DNA of 64,000 bases from a virus. Positions 50,464 to 60,952 of the stretch are shown here, one piece after another. The notes beneath the pieces were generated by a model. It was not told the DNA's origin. It saw nothing but the letters and a program-made list of their open reading frames with translations, and searched no databases. The DNA is taken from IMG/VR virus record IMGVR_UViG_3300010151_007551, positions 23,860 through 87,859 of that record. One strand, given 5' to 3'. The stretch's first letter is position 1; each line of letters begins with the position of its first letter. The position numbers were made by a program, and so were the translations under genes.

Positions 50464-51174
50464 ATGGAGAATATTACAACTGTGGATTATTATGGGGAAT
50501 TTAAAGACTATGTTATTAAACACATGGGAGTTAGTGGAATGCAGTTTCACTATTGGGAAAAATTACAAGATAGGATATATTCTACTAGTGCATCTATGAC
50601 ACCATATATATTGGAGGAACGAGAAATGCGCGTAACTCAAATGGATATTTTTTCAAGACTAATGATGGATAGAATATTATGGGTGGCCGGTCCCGTTAAT
50701 GATAGCATGAGTACAGTTGTTCAAGCACAGTTGATGTTTTTAGATAACGTAGACACTAGAGATATTAAAATGTATGTGGATAGTCCAGGAGGATCTGTTA
50801 AATCTGGATTATCAATGGTAGACGTTATGGCTTTTATACAATCAGATGTTTCTACTACTAATACTGGAATGGCTGCTTCTATGGGATCAATATTATTAGG
50901 CGCAGGAACCAAAGGAAAAAGGTTTTCTTTAGAGCACAGTAGAGTAATGTTACATCAAGTTAGTTCAGGTGCACAAGGAAACATTCAAGATATTAGAATA
51001 TCATTAGCCGAAGCTGAAAAATATAATAGCTTATTATTTGATCTTTTAGCAGAGTATTGTGATAAAAAACCTAAAGAAGTATTAAAATTTGCTTCTAGAG
51101 ACAAGTGGTTAAATGCAGAAGAGGCATTGGAATATGGAATTATAGATGGTATTCATAAAAAAGATGATGAATAG
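50464..51174 (+). CDS. clpP: ATP-dependent Clp protease proteolytic subunit
   Basis: TPYILEER...DIFSRLMMDRI, SPGGSV, AASMGS and MLHQ motifs; Bacteroidota-type N-terminal extension. Confidence 0.95.
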   Translation: MENITTVDYYGEFKDYVIKHMGVSGMQFHYWEKLQDRIYSTSASMTPYILEEREMRVTQMDIFSRLMMDRILWVAGPVNDSMSTVVQAQLMFLDNVDTRDIKMYVDSPGGSVKSGLSMVDVMAFIQSDVSTTNTGMAASMGSILLGAGTKGKRFSLEHSRVMLHQVSSGAQGNIQDIRISLAEAEKYNSLLFDLLAEYCDKKPKEVLKFASRDKWLNAEEALEYGIIDGIHKKDDE

Positions 51175-51429
51175 ATGAGGACAAAAAGAAAAAACATTGT
51201 AATATCAAACCATACTTTAGATCTACATGGAGTTTATCATAGTGAAGTTGGTAAAAAAGTAGATTCTTTTGTAACTGATCACATTCTGAAGGGAAGTCGT
51301 TCCGTTTTCATAATTACAGGCAACAGTGTTGAAATGAAAAAGCTAGTAAATAAAACACTGTTGGATTATTCTATTATTTCAGAAGAAACACTAAGCAATT
51401 CAGGAATAGTTGCAGTTAGTTTAACATAA
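51175..51429 (+). CDS. Stand-alone Smr domain protein
   Basis: TLDLHG...IITGNS...NSG. Confidence 0.75.
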   Translation: MRTKRKNIVISNHTLDLHGVYHSEVGKKVDSFVTDHILKGSRSVFIITGNSVEMKKLVNKTLLDYSIISEETLSNSGIVAVSLT

Positions 51430-51436
51430 ACCCACC

Positions 51437-52180
51437 TTACTTCTTACTCGCGGCCCTGAGGGTGTTCTTTTCACCATCCGTGAGATTAGACCAACCCCTA
51501 GCAGATAGCTTATCTAGTATTTTATCTATTTTTGACTGATTTTGAAAGATTCTAGGCTGTTTTTGAGGTAAAATTGGCTTGGTTTTAAGTTTATTATAAA
51601 TATATTCATTAACTTCTTCAATAGATGATAAATTTTTGCTCTTTACTTCATCTCTAAGCTTTTTTAAATAGTTCGTGAAGTATTTCTTATCCATATTTGA
51701 ATAAAATGTAGATATTGGCGTTTTTTCTTCAATATTATGACTTTTTAGTAAGCTTTTTGCTTTTAAATAGGCTAATCTATCGGCTACTAACTCAATATTC
51801 ATTAATAATTCACCCGCTTGGTCTATATCTATGTTAGAGCTGTATGCATCCCATACTACGTCTTTTCCATACTTTTTATACTGATATTGATGGGCTATTT
51901 CATGTAAAATAACATATAGTAGGTCACCTAGGCTTCTAGTTAGCGTATCTTTATCAATAATGCATTCATCCGTCTTAGATATTCCCATTGCTCCATATAA
52001 AGTGTCAAATCGTATTTTTGGACAACCTGAACTGCTTATAAAAGAAGATAAGTCTTTTAATAGTTCTATATTATTTGGAAAACTATTATTAATTTCTTGA
52101 ATGAACTCTGAGAGTCCCTGGGTACTGCCATTTGTGTTTAAAACGGCTTCAAACAGTATATAGGGTAGAGTTTTTTTCAT
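51437..52180 (-). CDS. HExxH protein with a C-terminal DUF6576-like module
   Basis: ILHEIAHQYQ...ELVAD; C-terminus IDKILDKLSARGWSNLTDGEKNTL. Confidence 0.65.
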   Translation of the reverse strand: MKKTLPYILFEAVLNTNGSTQGLSEFIQEINNSFPNNIELLKDLSSFISSSGCPKIRFDTLYGAMGISKTDECIIDKDTLTRSLGDLLYVILHEIAHQYQYKKYGKDVVWDAYSSNIDIDQAGELLMNIELVADRLAYLKAKSLLKSHNIEEKTPISTFYSNMDKKYFTNYLKKLRDEVKSKNLSSIEEVNEYIYNKLKTKPILPQKQPRIFQNQSKIDKILDKLSARGWSNLTDGEKNTLRAASKK

Positions 52181-52201
52181 ATATTATTATATATTATAAA
52201 C

Positions 52202-52231
52202 AAAAAAAGGGAATCTTTCGATTCCCTTTTT
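52202..52231 (-). terminator. Terminator after the major capsid gene
   Basis: On the - strand, AGGGAATC-GAAA-GATTCCCT followed by a T run. Confidence 0.88.
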
Positions 52232-52259
52232 AATTATCATAACTAATCTCAATTAAAAA

Positions 52260-53951
52260 TTAGGATGCGTTAGAAGGAGCAGCTCCACCTGTAAGAACAG
52301 CTAGATCTCCTAATACGTCCATGTTACAATACTGAGTTTCTGGATGCCATCCAGCTTCAGTAATCGCGTAACGTGATTTCATACCAATTTTTGGTGAGAA
52401 AGTACCTTCAGAAATAGTTTGAAGTGATTCTGCCATAATATAAGGCAAGAATTTAACACCTGGCTCTTCGTCAGATCCTTTACGTCCGATTACGATTCGA
52501 GAATCGCCAAATCTTAAGTTAGGATCAACGTAAACCTGTACTCCATAAACCTTTCCGGCTGGGTAAAGATTACCTGCAACTCCACTCATGTCCGATGGGA
52601 CTTGAGCAATTGAGTAACCAGCAACATCAGCTAAAGCTGAAGCTACTCTACCATTGGTGATTAAGAAAGTACCAGCACCGAATCTACCTCTATGGTAAAT
52701 AAGGTTAGCAATTTCAAGAATCTTGGTTACAAGTCTTCTTTGAAGAGTTGAAGTATTTTCAAATCCACCAACACCAGCGTTTAAGTCTAATGTAGTAATA
52801 CCAGCACCCTCAACCATTGTTACTTCTGTGTTGTGATCGTCAGCAAGAACGAAAATCCTATCAACTAACTGTTTGTTAATTGATTGAGCTAATTCGTTAA
52901 CTGCAACGTTTTCTAACATTGAAATAACATCGAAGTTCCATACTCGGTTAAGATCTTGGATTTGTTCAACAGATGCTGAGATAGAAACTTGATCAGTTCT
53001 AGCTTCAACAAATTTGGTGAACATTCTAAGACCCATTTGACGGAATCTAGAAAGCTCTGCAGCATTTCTATCCATTCCCGGAGGAATAGTTCCATCAGCT
53101 TCCGTAAAGTAAGGACCTTGGAAAGCAGTAGTGTCATAATCGTTATCGCTTACTGATGTAAAACCAGAAATATGGTTTTCCAATGCAGAAACTAATGCGA
53201 TTGTAATACCTGTAGTCATATCAATAACTGCAGGAGTCGGAGCAACACCACCAATAGTATTAAGGTCGTTTACACCACCTCCACCTGGATCTGTTAAATC
53301 GTCTGCTACTGAATCAACAGCACCAGCACCATCATCAACGACTTTTAAAATTAATTGGCCATCTATACGAGAAAAACCAACAAAGTGATAAGTACCATTA
53401 GAGTTACTAAAGGCAACAATAGCACCTGGAGCAGCATCAGCTGCAGCGCCTAGATCATCGGCATTGACACCATCACATTTGACCATATATGGTTCAAAGT
53501 CTGTGTCTGTTCTACCACCCGCATATAAATAATCCAAATAAGGTAAGAAACCAACTGGAGAATCCATAGGGACAACAGAAACAAGATCAAATCCGATCGT
53601 TTTTGCAGCTACTTGTATAGCAACTGGTAGAAGCGATGGAAATTTATCTCCAGATCCTGAGTCAGCATAACTGTTTTTGGCACCACCTGCGGTAAAAGGA
53701 GTCTGGCCAGCAGTAGGAGCAACGGGGTTACCCATACCTAGTACAGAGCCTGGTTGTTGGAAGAACAATCCTGGTTCAGTTTGCTCAAATAACGGTGTAC
53801 TATTATCAAAAATAGCGTGGTTATGAGCATATTCTGCTAACCATTCCTGCTTTCCACTTTCAGCGGTTACACCATAGTTTTCCAACAATGGCTTCCAAGT
53901 GTTAAGGACTTTAGAATCTGAAGTACGTTTAAAAATTTTAGAACGTGACAT
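52260..53951 (-). CDS. Major capsid protein (gp23-like)
   Basis: WKPLLE, DLVSVVPMDSPVG, EQIQDL, ELAQSINK, RGRFGAGTF, VYVDP and FLPYI...TFSPKIGMKSRY motifs. Confidence 0.92.
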   Translation of the reverse strand: MSRSKIFKRTSDSKVLNTWKPLLENYGVTAESGKQEWLAEYAHNHAIFDNSTPLFEQTEPGLFFQQPGSVLGMGNPVAPTAGQTPFTAGGAKNSYADSGSGDKFPSLLPVAIQVAAKTIGFDLVSVVPMDSPVGFLPYLDYLYAGGRTDTDFEPYMVKCDGVNADDLGAAADAAPGAIVAFSNSNGTYHFVGFSRIDGQLILKVVDDGAGAVDSVADDLTDPGGGGVNDLNTIGGVAPTPAVIDMTTGITIALVSALENHISGFTSVSDNDYDTTAFQGPYFTEADGTIPPGMDRNAAELSRFRQMGLRMFTKFVEARTDQVSISASVEQIQDLNRVWNFDVISMLENVAVNELAQSINKQLVDRIFVLADDHNTEVTMVEGAGITTLDLNAGVGGFENTSTLQRRLVTKILEIANLIYHRGRFGAGTFLITNGRVASALADVAGYSIAQVPSDMSGVAGNLYPAGKVYGVQVYVDPNLRFGDSRIVIGRKGSDEEPGVKFLPYIMAESLQTISEGTFSPKIGMKSRYAITEAGWHPETQYCNMDVLGDLAVLTGGAAPSNAS

Positions 53952-53969
53952 AATTCATATTGATTATTT

Positions 53970-55961
53970 TTATTTGCGCCTATCGGCACCTCTCATAAGA
54001 GAGTTCATATATCCTTCGGTATAACCTCTAGACATCTCAACCACCCTATTTGCTGGGATTGCACCTTCTGTACTTTGGCTCTCGTTGAGTTTTGATATTT
54101 TTAAATTTTCTTTTTCTCTTTCTACTCTTTCGTTAACTCCATTGAGGTTCATTTCGTCCCAGAATGATTTAACTTGGTAAGGAGTATTTAAAGTATATAG
54201 TTGAGCTTGAGTATGAACTTTATTCTTTTCAGTTTCGTTCATGTTTTCCCATGATTCTTTATATTCATTTGGCATGAATCTAATATGAGAAGGGATTTTA
54301 CTATTCTTTTGCTCAACAACAGCTGAAATGATGTTTGTTACATCTCCTTCATTAAACCAAATTGAAGAATTAAGAGCTTCAACAACTGCTTGTTTAGTTT
54401 GATTATCTAATTTATAAAATGATTCTTTCTTTTCAGTTGTTAAAACCTTTAAGAAAGGGTATCTGTTTTCTAATACTGCAGATGCTGATTCATCTTTAGC
54501 AGTTTGAAGCATTGTATCAATACCATGGGCAATTGCATCGATTTGTTTGCTTTCATCAAGTTTTTCAACACCGTCTAAAACACCAGCATTAGCTTTAAAG
54601 GTTCCACTGTTCAAAGACTCAGCAATGTATTCAGTATAATTAATTCCTTTAGATGCTTTTTCTGCTACGTGCTCTGTGTACGATCTATTTAATCTAGCCG
54701 CCTCTGCAACGTGTTCAGAATATTCAATTCCAGCATTAGCATTCTCTCCTACATATTCAGTATATTGAATTCCTTTATCTAATTCTTCTGCAAGGTATCC
54801 TTGGTAATTGATACTTTTGTTTAAACTTTCTTTCAAGTATTCTTGGTAATTTATACTCTTATTTAAACCTTCACCAATATAATTAGAATAATTAATATTT
54901 TGATTTAGCCTTTCAGCTAAGTAGTTTTGATATTCAACACTGCTATTAGTTGTTTCTGCAACATGTTCAGAATACTTAATAGACTGGTTTAATTTACTAG
55001 CCAAGTAATCTGTATATTTAGCTAAGTTTTCAAAATTTTCAGCTAAATAATTAACATAATGTGAAATTCCATTTTCACCTGTTGTCTTTTTAGCAACAGC
55101 TTTTTTCTTAGGAGTTTCTTTTGTAGAAACTTCTTTAGCTTCCTGTATTTTGGAAAGCTCTGTTTTGATGTTTTCAATCTGACCTTTCACCATTTCAGAA
55201 TAGTGATTCAAATCATTTCGACTAACGTATTCGCCCATTGTTTTACTATTTTTTTGTTCGCCTAAACTTTCGCTTAGTTTTTCAGTATTTTTGTTATTTA
55301 TCTTGTAAACTTTATAATTATTTGCAAAATTTAAATTTTCAGAAACGTCTTCTAACTTATGAGTTTCCAATAAGGAATCATTTTTTAAAATATTAAAACT
55401 TTCAGTTAATAATTCAAAATTTTCTTTTAAAGATTCATTAACTGTTTTCTTTAAAACAGCTTCTGTAAATCCTGGCTCTGCAACTAAATCATATGTGAAT
55501 ATTTTATGAAGTTTTACTTTACCTTCATTTAAAACTTGTCCGGCTGCTCTAGATGAAATAGAAATATTAACTCCACCATCTACCAACGCTTTGGCAACTT
55601 TTCCATTAGGAGTATTTTCTAAAATTCTTACTTTAATATTTACTTTATTCTCTCCATCATATTCTAATCCCTCTACTATGTGAGATGCTCTAGATAATGT
55701 TATTTCAAAATCCTTTGGATGATCTAATTCGCCAACCAATTGTCTTGAATCTATTTTCTTTTTTAAATAATCCAGATGAGGAAGATATTCATCTTTTTCG
55801 TATACTCTTTGATTATTGTTCTTCTGTCCAAAAACAGCACAGCATCCTTCTAATATGGTATTGTTGGCATCATTGCGTTTAACTTCTAATTTTTCCCCAA
55901 TGTTTTCTACGATTAAAACAAAATCATTCATATTATTTGTGTTCAAATTATTATTATCCAC
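53970..55961 (-). CDS. Prohead protease (gp21-like) fused to a scaffold-like domain
   Basis: NNNQRVY, GELDHP, ISSRAAG and TYDLVAEPGF motifs, followed by a helical 14-aa repeat region; directly upstream of the major capsid gene. Confidence 0.88.
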   Translation of the reverse strand: MDNNNLNTNNMNDFVLIVENIGEKLEVKRNDANNTILEGCCAVFGQKNNNQRVYEKDEYLPHLDYLKKKIDSRQLVGELDHPKDFEITLSRASHIVEGLEYDGENKVNIKVRILENTPNGKVAKALVDGGVNISISSRAAGQVLNEGKVKLHKIFTYDLVAEPGFTEAVLKKTVNESLKENFELLTESFNILKNDSLLETHKLEDVSENLNFANNYKVYKINNKNTEKLSESLGEQKNSKTMGEYVSRNDLNHYSEMVKGQIENIKTELSKIQEAKEVSTKETPKKKAVAKKTTGENGISHYVNYLAENFENLAKYTDYLASKLNQSIKYSEHVAETTNSSVEYQNYLAERLNQNINYSNYIGEGLNKSINYQEYLKESLNKSINYQGYLAEELDKGIQYTEYVGENANAGIEYSEHVAEAARLNRSYTEHVAEKASKGINYTEYIAESLNSGTFKANAGVLDGVEKLDESKQIDAIAHGIDTMLQTAKDESASAVLENRYPFLKVLTTEKKESFYKLDNQTKQAVVEALNSSIWFNEGDVTNIISAVVEQKNSKIPSHIRFMPNEYKESWENMNETEKNKVHTQAQLYTLNTPYQVKSFWDEMNLNGVNERVEREKENLKISKLNESQSTEGAIPANRVVEMSRGYTEGYMNSLMRGADRRK
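54610..55065 (-). repeat. About 11 imperfect 14-aa helical repeats (xIxYxEYLAExLNx) in the scaffold domain
   Basis: SINYQEYLKESLNK / SINYQGYLAEELDK / GIQYTEYVGENANA / GIEYSEHVAEAARL and similar units. Confidence 0.75.
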
Positions 55962-56022
55962 TAAAGTTAGATTTTTTATTATTTATACACAAAACTATAA
56001 TAAAAAAATAAAAAACTATTAA

Positions 56023-57018
56023 TTAATATAATTCTTTGTTAGATAAAATATCTTTTAATGATTCTATTTCCTCGCCTGAGAGTTTTTCAAGGTTTGGCGA
56101 AATGACTTTTATATTAGCTACGTAGTTTCCCAAGGTGTTATTCTTTTTCAAGAGTCCTTGATTTTTTACAGTAAATTTAAGTGAGCTAAGATCCTTTGGT
56201 TTTTTAATATCTATTCTATATCTTTTACCAACCACTGAATCAACGATATTGTCCTCTTCTGAGTCAAAAAGTGCATTATATAGGTCCATTTCAATAGTCT
56301 GTATTATATCGCCTTCTTTTATTTCAAATTTTTCATTAGATAATATTTCTATATTTACGTTTAGTTTACCCAGTATGACGAAATTTTGTTTCTCTCCCCA
56401 CATATTAACTTTACTTATAGAATTTTCATTACCCATTCCTTCTAGGCTAATTTTTATATAATAAGAACCATTTTTTTCATGAATAGAATAGCTTCTGGTT
56501 CTAATACTTATTTCAAATTGAATTTTCTTTTTTTCTATTCCATTAAGCGTTTTTCTTTCAAATTCAATTATTTGTACTTTTCCTTCAATTAACTCAACTA
56601 AATCATTTTTAAGATTTAATTCTATATCTAAATGAGACGTATCAAATGAAGAAGCTTCTTTTTCGCGGCCCTGTCTTTTAAAGTTAGATTCTTGTTTAAA
56701 TCCTTTTCCAAATGCTTCATTTACAAAATCATCAAAAGAAAAATTTCCAAATCCATTAAAACCCCTATTGTTTGTTCTATATCCTCTAGTGTTTGAAAAG
56801 CCACTAAAGTTTTTTCTTGCATCATATTCTCCCTTAGATTTTTCATCTCCTAGAACTGAATATGCATCAGCAATTTCCTTAAATTTTTCTTCAGCCCCTG
56901 CGTCTTCTTGGTTTTTATCGGGATGATACTTCATAGCGAGCTTGCGATATGCTTTTTTTATATCAGCAATTGATGAAGAATCAGGCACGCCCAGTATCTT
57001 ATAATAATCTTTATTCAA
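56023..57018 (-). CDS. DnaJ-family co-chaperone (no Zn finger)
   Basis: KDYYKILGV...[14 protein letters not shown]...[11 protein letters not shown], a G/F-rich region and a DnaJ_C-like C-terminus. Confidence 0.9.
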   Translation of the reverse strand: MNKDYYKILGVPDSSSIADIKKAYRKLAMKYHPDKNQEDAGAEEKFKEIADAYSVLGDEKSKGEYDARKNFSGFSNTRGYRTNNRGFNGFGNFSFDDFVNEAFGKGFKQESNFKRQGREKEASSFDTSHLDIELNLKNDLVELIEGKVQIIEFERKTLNGIEKKKIQFEISIRTRSYSIHEKNGSYYIKISLEGMGNENSISKVNMWGEKQNFVILGKLNVNIEILSNEKFEIKEGDIIQTIEMDLYNALFDSEEDNIVDSVVGKRYRIDIKKPKDLSSLKFTVKNQGLLKKNNTLGNYVANIKVISPNLEKLSGEEIESLKDILSNKELY

Positions 57019-57093
57019 ACCTCATTATTTTTTAAACCCAATGAATATTATATTGTATAATATTCTAATAAATAGTTTTAGTTATATATCGTT

Positions 57094-57711
57094 ATGGCAA
57101 GGATAGTAAAAAGGCTTTCTGAATTTAATAAAATTCATTCTGGAAAAAAGGTAATTGTTTGTGGATGCGGAAGGTCCCTGTTTTTATTAAAGGATTGCCA
57201 TACAGACTTTTTAACTATAGGAGTTAATGACGTTCCTAAATTATTTACACCAACATACTTAGTTATAACTGATCATTCTCAAAGATTTGCATTGCCTCGT
57301 AGAAAATTAATTAATGAAAGCAAAAGTAAAGCAATGTTTACATGCGTTAAGGGATGGAGGGCTCCAAATATGGTAATGTTTGAACTAGGTTCAAGAAAAA
57401 TTCATAATTTAGATACTGAAAATAAAGTAGATCATTTTATGAATTCTCCATATGCTGCAGTCGGCATTGCATATAAACTTGGATTTACTAATATTGGTTT
57501 AATCGGTGTAGATTTTACTAAAGATCATTTTTATTCAAAGGATGGACATCATCCTTTAATTAGAATGCGTAGAGTTGGAAAAGTCGATGATGCATATGGA
57601 GTTTTAAAGGATGAACTTAAAAAAAGAAAAGTTAATTTATATAATTTAAGCGATCAAAGCGTACTTAAAAAAATACCAAAAATGTCTTTAGAAGACTTTA
57701 GAAAATTATGA
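57094..57711 (+). CDS. DUF115/Maf-like (sialyltransferase-fold-like) protein
   Basis: VIVCGCGRSL...IGVND...AYKLGFTNIGLIGVDF...HFY...LYNLS. Confidence 0.65.
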   Translation: MARIVKRLSEFNKIHSGKKVIVCGCGRSLFLLKDCHTDFLTIGVNDVPKLFTPTYLVITDHSQRFALPRRKLINESKSKAMFTCVKGWRAPNMVMFELGSRKIHNLDTENKVDHFMNSPYAAVGIAYKLGFTNIGLIGVDFTKDHFYSKDGHHPLIRMRRVGKVDDAYGVLKDELKKRKVNLYNLSDQSVLKKIPKMSLEDFRKL

Positions 57712-58340
57712 AAATAATAATACCAGCAAGAAAAGGATCAAAGGGGTTTCCATTTAAAAATAGAAAACTTTTTAAATACACAGCAGATATTGTTCCAAAT
57801 GGTTTAAAAGATAATACATATGTAATAACAGATGATGAAGAAATTCAAAAAATGTCTATTGATAGTGGATTTTCACACATAGAGAGGCCGCATTGTTTAT
57901 CTACAGATACTGTTTCAACTAAAAGGGTGATGGAGCATGCGATAGATGTGCTAGAATTAAACAATGAATTAGTTTTAATGTTATATTTAACATACCCTGA
58001 ACGCACATGGGATGATGTAGAGGGAGCGTTGGATACATTTTTATCAACTAAAGCTAATTCTTTATTATGTAGAAAGGAAATAAAAGCTTCTCCATTTTTA
58101 ATGTTAAAGGAAGAAGAAGATGAAAAAGGTTCTCAATTAATTTGTCACGATTTATATAGAAGACAGGATTATCCTAAATGTTTTGAATTATCTCACTACG
58201 TTTGTATATTTAAGTCTAATGAAGTTGAACTTTTAAATAATAATTTATATAATGAAAACACTGTATATTTTAAAATAGATAATCATATAATAGACGTAGA
58301 CTATGAAAAAAACTTATTAGATTTTAATAATGAAAGATAA
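57708..58340 (+). CDS. NeuA-like acylneuraminate cytidylyltransferase
   Basis: IIIPARKGSKG...KN, ERP..LSTD, RRQD and IDVD motifs. Confidence 0.85.
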   Translation: MKIIIPARKGSKGFPFKNRKLFKYTADIVPNGLKDNTYVITDDEEIQKMSIDSGFSHIERPHCLSTDTVSTKRVMEHAIDVLELNNELVLMLYLTYPERTWDDVEGALDTFLSTKANSLLCRKEIKASPFLMLKEEEDEKGSQLICHDLYRRQDYPKCFELSHYVCIFKSNEVELLNNNLYNENTVYFKIDNHIIDVDYEKNLLDFNNER

Positions 58341-60336
58341 AAAAAATGTTAAATATTGTTTATGCACAGAAGCTGCCAATATAACCTTTCCATATTTAAG
58401 AGTCGCTATCTCTTCATTTGTTAATAATAATCCTTGGTTTAATGGAAATATTATTTTATTAGTAAATGAAAGTCTTCCATTTTCTAAACATAATGAAGAA
58501 ACAATTAGAAAAATTTATTCAAATATAACATTGAAGAATGTAGAAATACCATTAGACATAAATGATTCTTATTCTAAATTAGATTTATATAAAATACAAT
58601 GTTTTTCAATGGAAGAGTATGATTTTATTTTATATTTAAATCATCTTTCGATTTGTTTAAAAGAAGTTGCGTTCGATATATTTAAAGGAGATTGTGATAT
58701 AGTATCATGTTCAAACAGTAGATGCGTTACACCTAATGAAAATAATAAAAATGATAAAGTATTTAATTCTAATTTTATGTTAATTTCATCTGATGTTATT
58801 TCACATAATTTATCTAATAAAATATTAAACCGTTTAAGTAGATATAAAAAGATTAAAACAGATACCATAAATAAGTGTATAAATGATGTAGTTTATCTTA
58901 ATGATATATCTGTTAATATTTTAAGTAATACTGTGTTCATAAAGAAAAGTTTATTTCCAGATAGTAAAAAAAATATATTTTATTCAATTTGTAAAAATAT
59001 ATGTTTTATAGAATTAGATATAGGAATTAGAGAAAAGAATTCATCTTTTTCTTTAAGGTATAAAACATTAGATAGAATATGGTTAAAATATAATAAAGAA
59101 CACTTAGTGGAAATAAATTTAAACCCTTCCATAAATAGGAATCATATAGAAACACATAAGAAAAATTTAGAAATTAGAAAAAGGTTGAATAATAGGAATA
59201 AGAGCGGAAGGCCTAATTTACACAACAGTGGCGAATTGTCACATAGAAGAAGAAAAACATATTATAAACCTCCATTTGAAAAATATCCAATGCCTGGCAC
59301 CAGTTATATTTGTATAATTGAAAATAATGATATTTCTCACCTAAAAAAATTTTTAGATAGCAATATAAAAATGCCAACTAAATATGAAATACTTATAGGA
59401 ATATATCACATGTCAAGTAAATCTGATTCCATAATAAAAGAATTAAGTAAAATAGATAATGTACACTTGGTATTGTTAAAAAGCAAAGATTCAAGTGTTA
59501 TGTTAAATACGCTATCCTCACAGTGCCTATATGAAGAATATCCATTGAGATATATTAATTATAATGGAAATTCCATTACATTTAAATATAATTCAAATAC
59601 TAAATGTTGCGATTATGAATTTTATAATAAAATAAAAATTGGAATATTAACGGCTGCATATAAGCGAAAAGAACTGACTAGTTACTATTGTAAACATCTT
59701 TCACATCTACGAGAGCTTTTTAAAAATGAAATAGATATAATTAGTGTAGTAGTAGACAGCTATAAAATTAATGAAAAAGCAGTTATTGAAAATAATCAAA
59801 TTTATTTTAGTCGTCGCAATAAACCGGTATCTAATAAGTTTAATTATGGAATGAATTACTATAGAGATAAGAAAATAGATGGGGTAATAGTACTAGGATC
59901 AGATAATTTTATGTGTGAAAAATTATTTAAAAAATATATTAAAATTATTAGAAACAATTATGATTTAATAGGGGTTTTAGATTCATTCATGTATGATAGC
60001 ATTACTGATAAAATGTTCTATTTTCCAGGATATACAAATAGGAGACATGGTGAATCTGTTGGAACTGGAAGAATGTTATCTTCTAAATTATTAGAGACAT
60101 TAGACTATACCCCATGGGACAATGGTCTAAATAAAGGATTAGATGGAAGTATGTGGAAAAAAATAAAACAATTAAACATAGACGAGTATAAAATATTAAC
60201 TAAAGTAAACAATTTTTTAATGCTGGGTGTTAAAACAGATGTCTTTATAACCGATATTAAAAGAATTAAAACAAAGACATTAGATAATTTATTATTGTTA
60301 AAAAAAATAAAATGCTTAAATGGATATAGAAAATAA
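58330..60336 (+). CDS. Multi-domain glycosyltransferase-like protein (degenerate GT8-like N-terminus, GT-A C-terminus)
   Basis: YDFILYLN...FNSNFMLI (GT8-like but without DxD); C-terminal ILTAAYKR...NKPVSNKFN...LGSDNF...GTGRMLS...KGLD. Confidence 0.65.
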   Translation: MKDKKNVKYCLCTEAANITFPYLRVAISSFVNNNPWFNGNIILLVNESLPFSKHNEETIRKIYSNITLKNVEIPLDINDSYSKLDLYKIQCFSMEEYDFILYLNHLSICLKEVAFDIFKGDCDIVSCSNSRCVTPNENNKNDKVFNSNFMLISSDVISHNLSNKILNRLSRYKKIKTDTINKCINDVVYLNDISVNILSNTVFIKKSLFPDSKKNIFYSICKNICFIELDIGIREKNSSFSLRYKTLDRIWLKYNKEHLVEINLNPSINRNHIETHKKNLEIRKRLNNRNKSGRPNLHNSGELSHRRRKTYYKPPFEKYPMPGTSYICIIENNDISHLKKFLDSNIKMPTKYEILIGIYHMSSKSDSIIKELSKIDNVHLVLLKSKDSSVMLNTLSSQCLYEEYPLRYINYNGNSITFKYNSNTKCCDYEFYNKIKIGILTAAYKRKELTSYYCKHLSHLRELFKNEIDIISVVVDSYKINEKAVIENNQIYFSRRNKPVSNKFNYGMNYYRDKKIDGVIVLGSDNFMCEKLFKKYIKIIRNNYDLIGVLDSFMYDSITDKMFYFPGYTNRRHGESVGTGRMLSSKLLETLDYTPWDNGLNKGLDGSMWKKIKQLNIDEYKILTKVNNFLMLGVKTDVFITDIKRIKTKTLDNLLLLKKIKCLNGYRK

Positions 60337-60952
60337 GAAAATTTTAATACTTTCTCCTCACACAGATGATGGTGAATTCGGTTGCGGTGGAAGTATAGCT
60401 AAACTAATTGAAAATAATGATATATATTATGCCGCTTTTTCATGCGCAGAGGAATCAGTTCCAGACGGGTTACCTAAAAACACTTTAGAAATAGAAGTTA
60501 AAAAAGCTACGCTAGAATTAGGAATATCCCCAGATAGATTGAGTATATTTAAATATCCAGTTAGAAAATTAAATTATCATAGACAGGACATATTAGAAAT
60601 AATGATAAAGCTAAAAAATAGAATTCATCCAGATTTAGTTTTCATACCATCCCTTGATGATATACATCAGGATCATCACACTATCGCAGAAGAAGCAGTA
60701 AGAGCATTTAAATTTTCTTCTATTTTAGGATATGAATTACCTTGGAATAATTTAATATTTAAAAATGGATGCTTTATAAAACTAGAACAGAAACATATTA
60801 ATAAAAAAGTTAAAGCCATTGCTAGGTATGAATCACAGAAATTTAGAACATATGCATCTGAAGAATGGTTAAGGGCGTTAGCGTTTACAAGAGGGACTCA
60901 GATTCAAACAAAATATGCAGAAGCATTCGAGGTAATAAGAATAATAATATGA
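60320..60952 (+). CDS. PIG-L family deacetylase
   Basis: LSPHTDDGEFGCGG, DIHQDH, YESQ and YAEAFE motifs. Confidence 0.9.
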   Translation: MDIENKKILILSPHTDDGEFGCGGSIAKLIENNDIYYAAFSCAEESVPDGLPKNTLEIEVKKATLELGISPDRLSIFKYPVRKLNYHRQDILEIMIKLKNRIHPDLVFIPSLDDIHQDHHTIAEEAVRAFKFSSILGYELPWNNLIFKNGCFIKLEQKHINKKVKAIARYESQKFRTYASEEWLRALAFTRGTQIQTKYAEAFEVIRIII

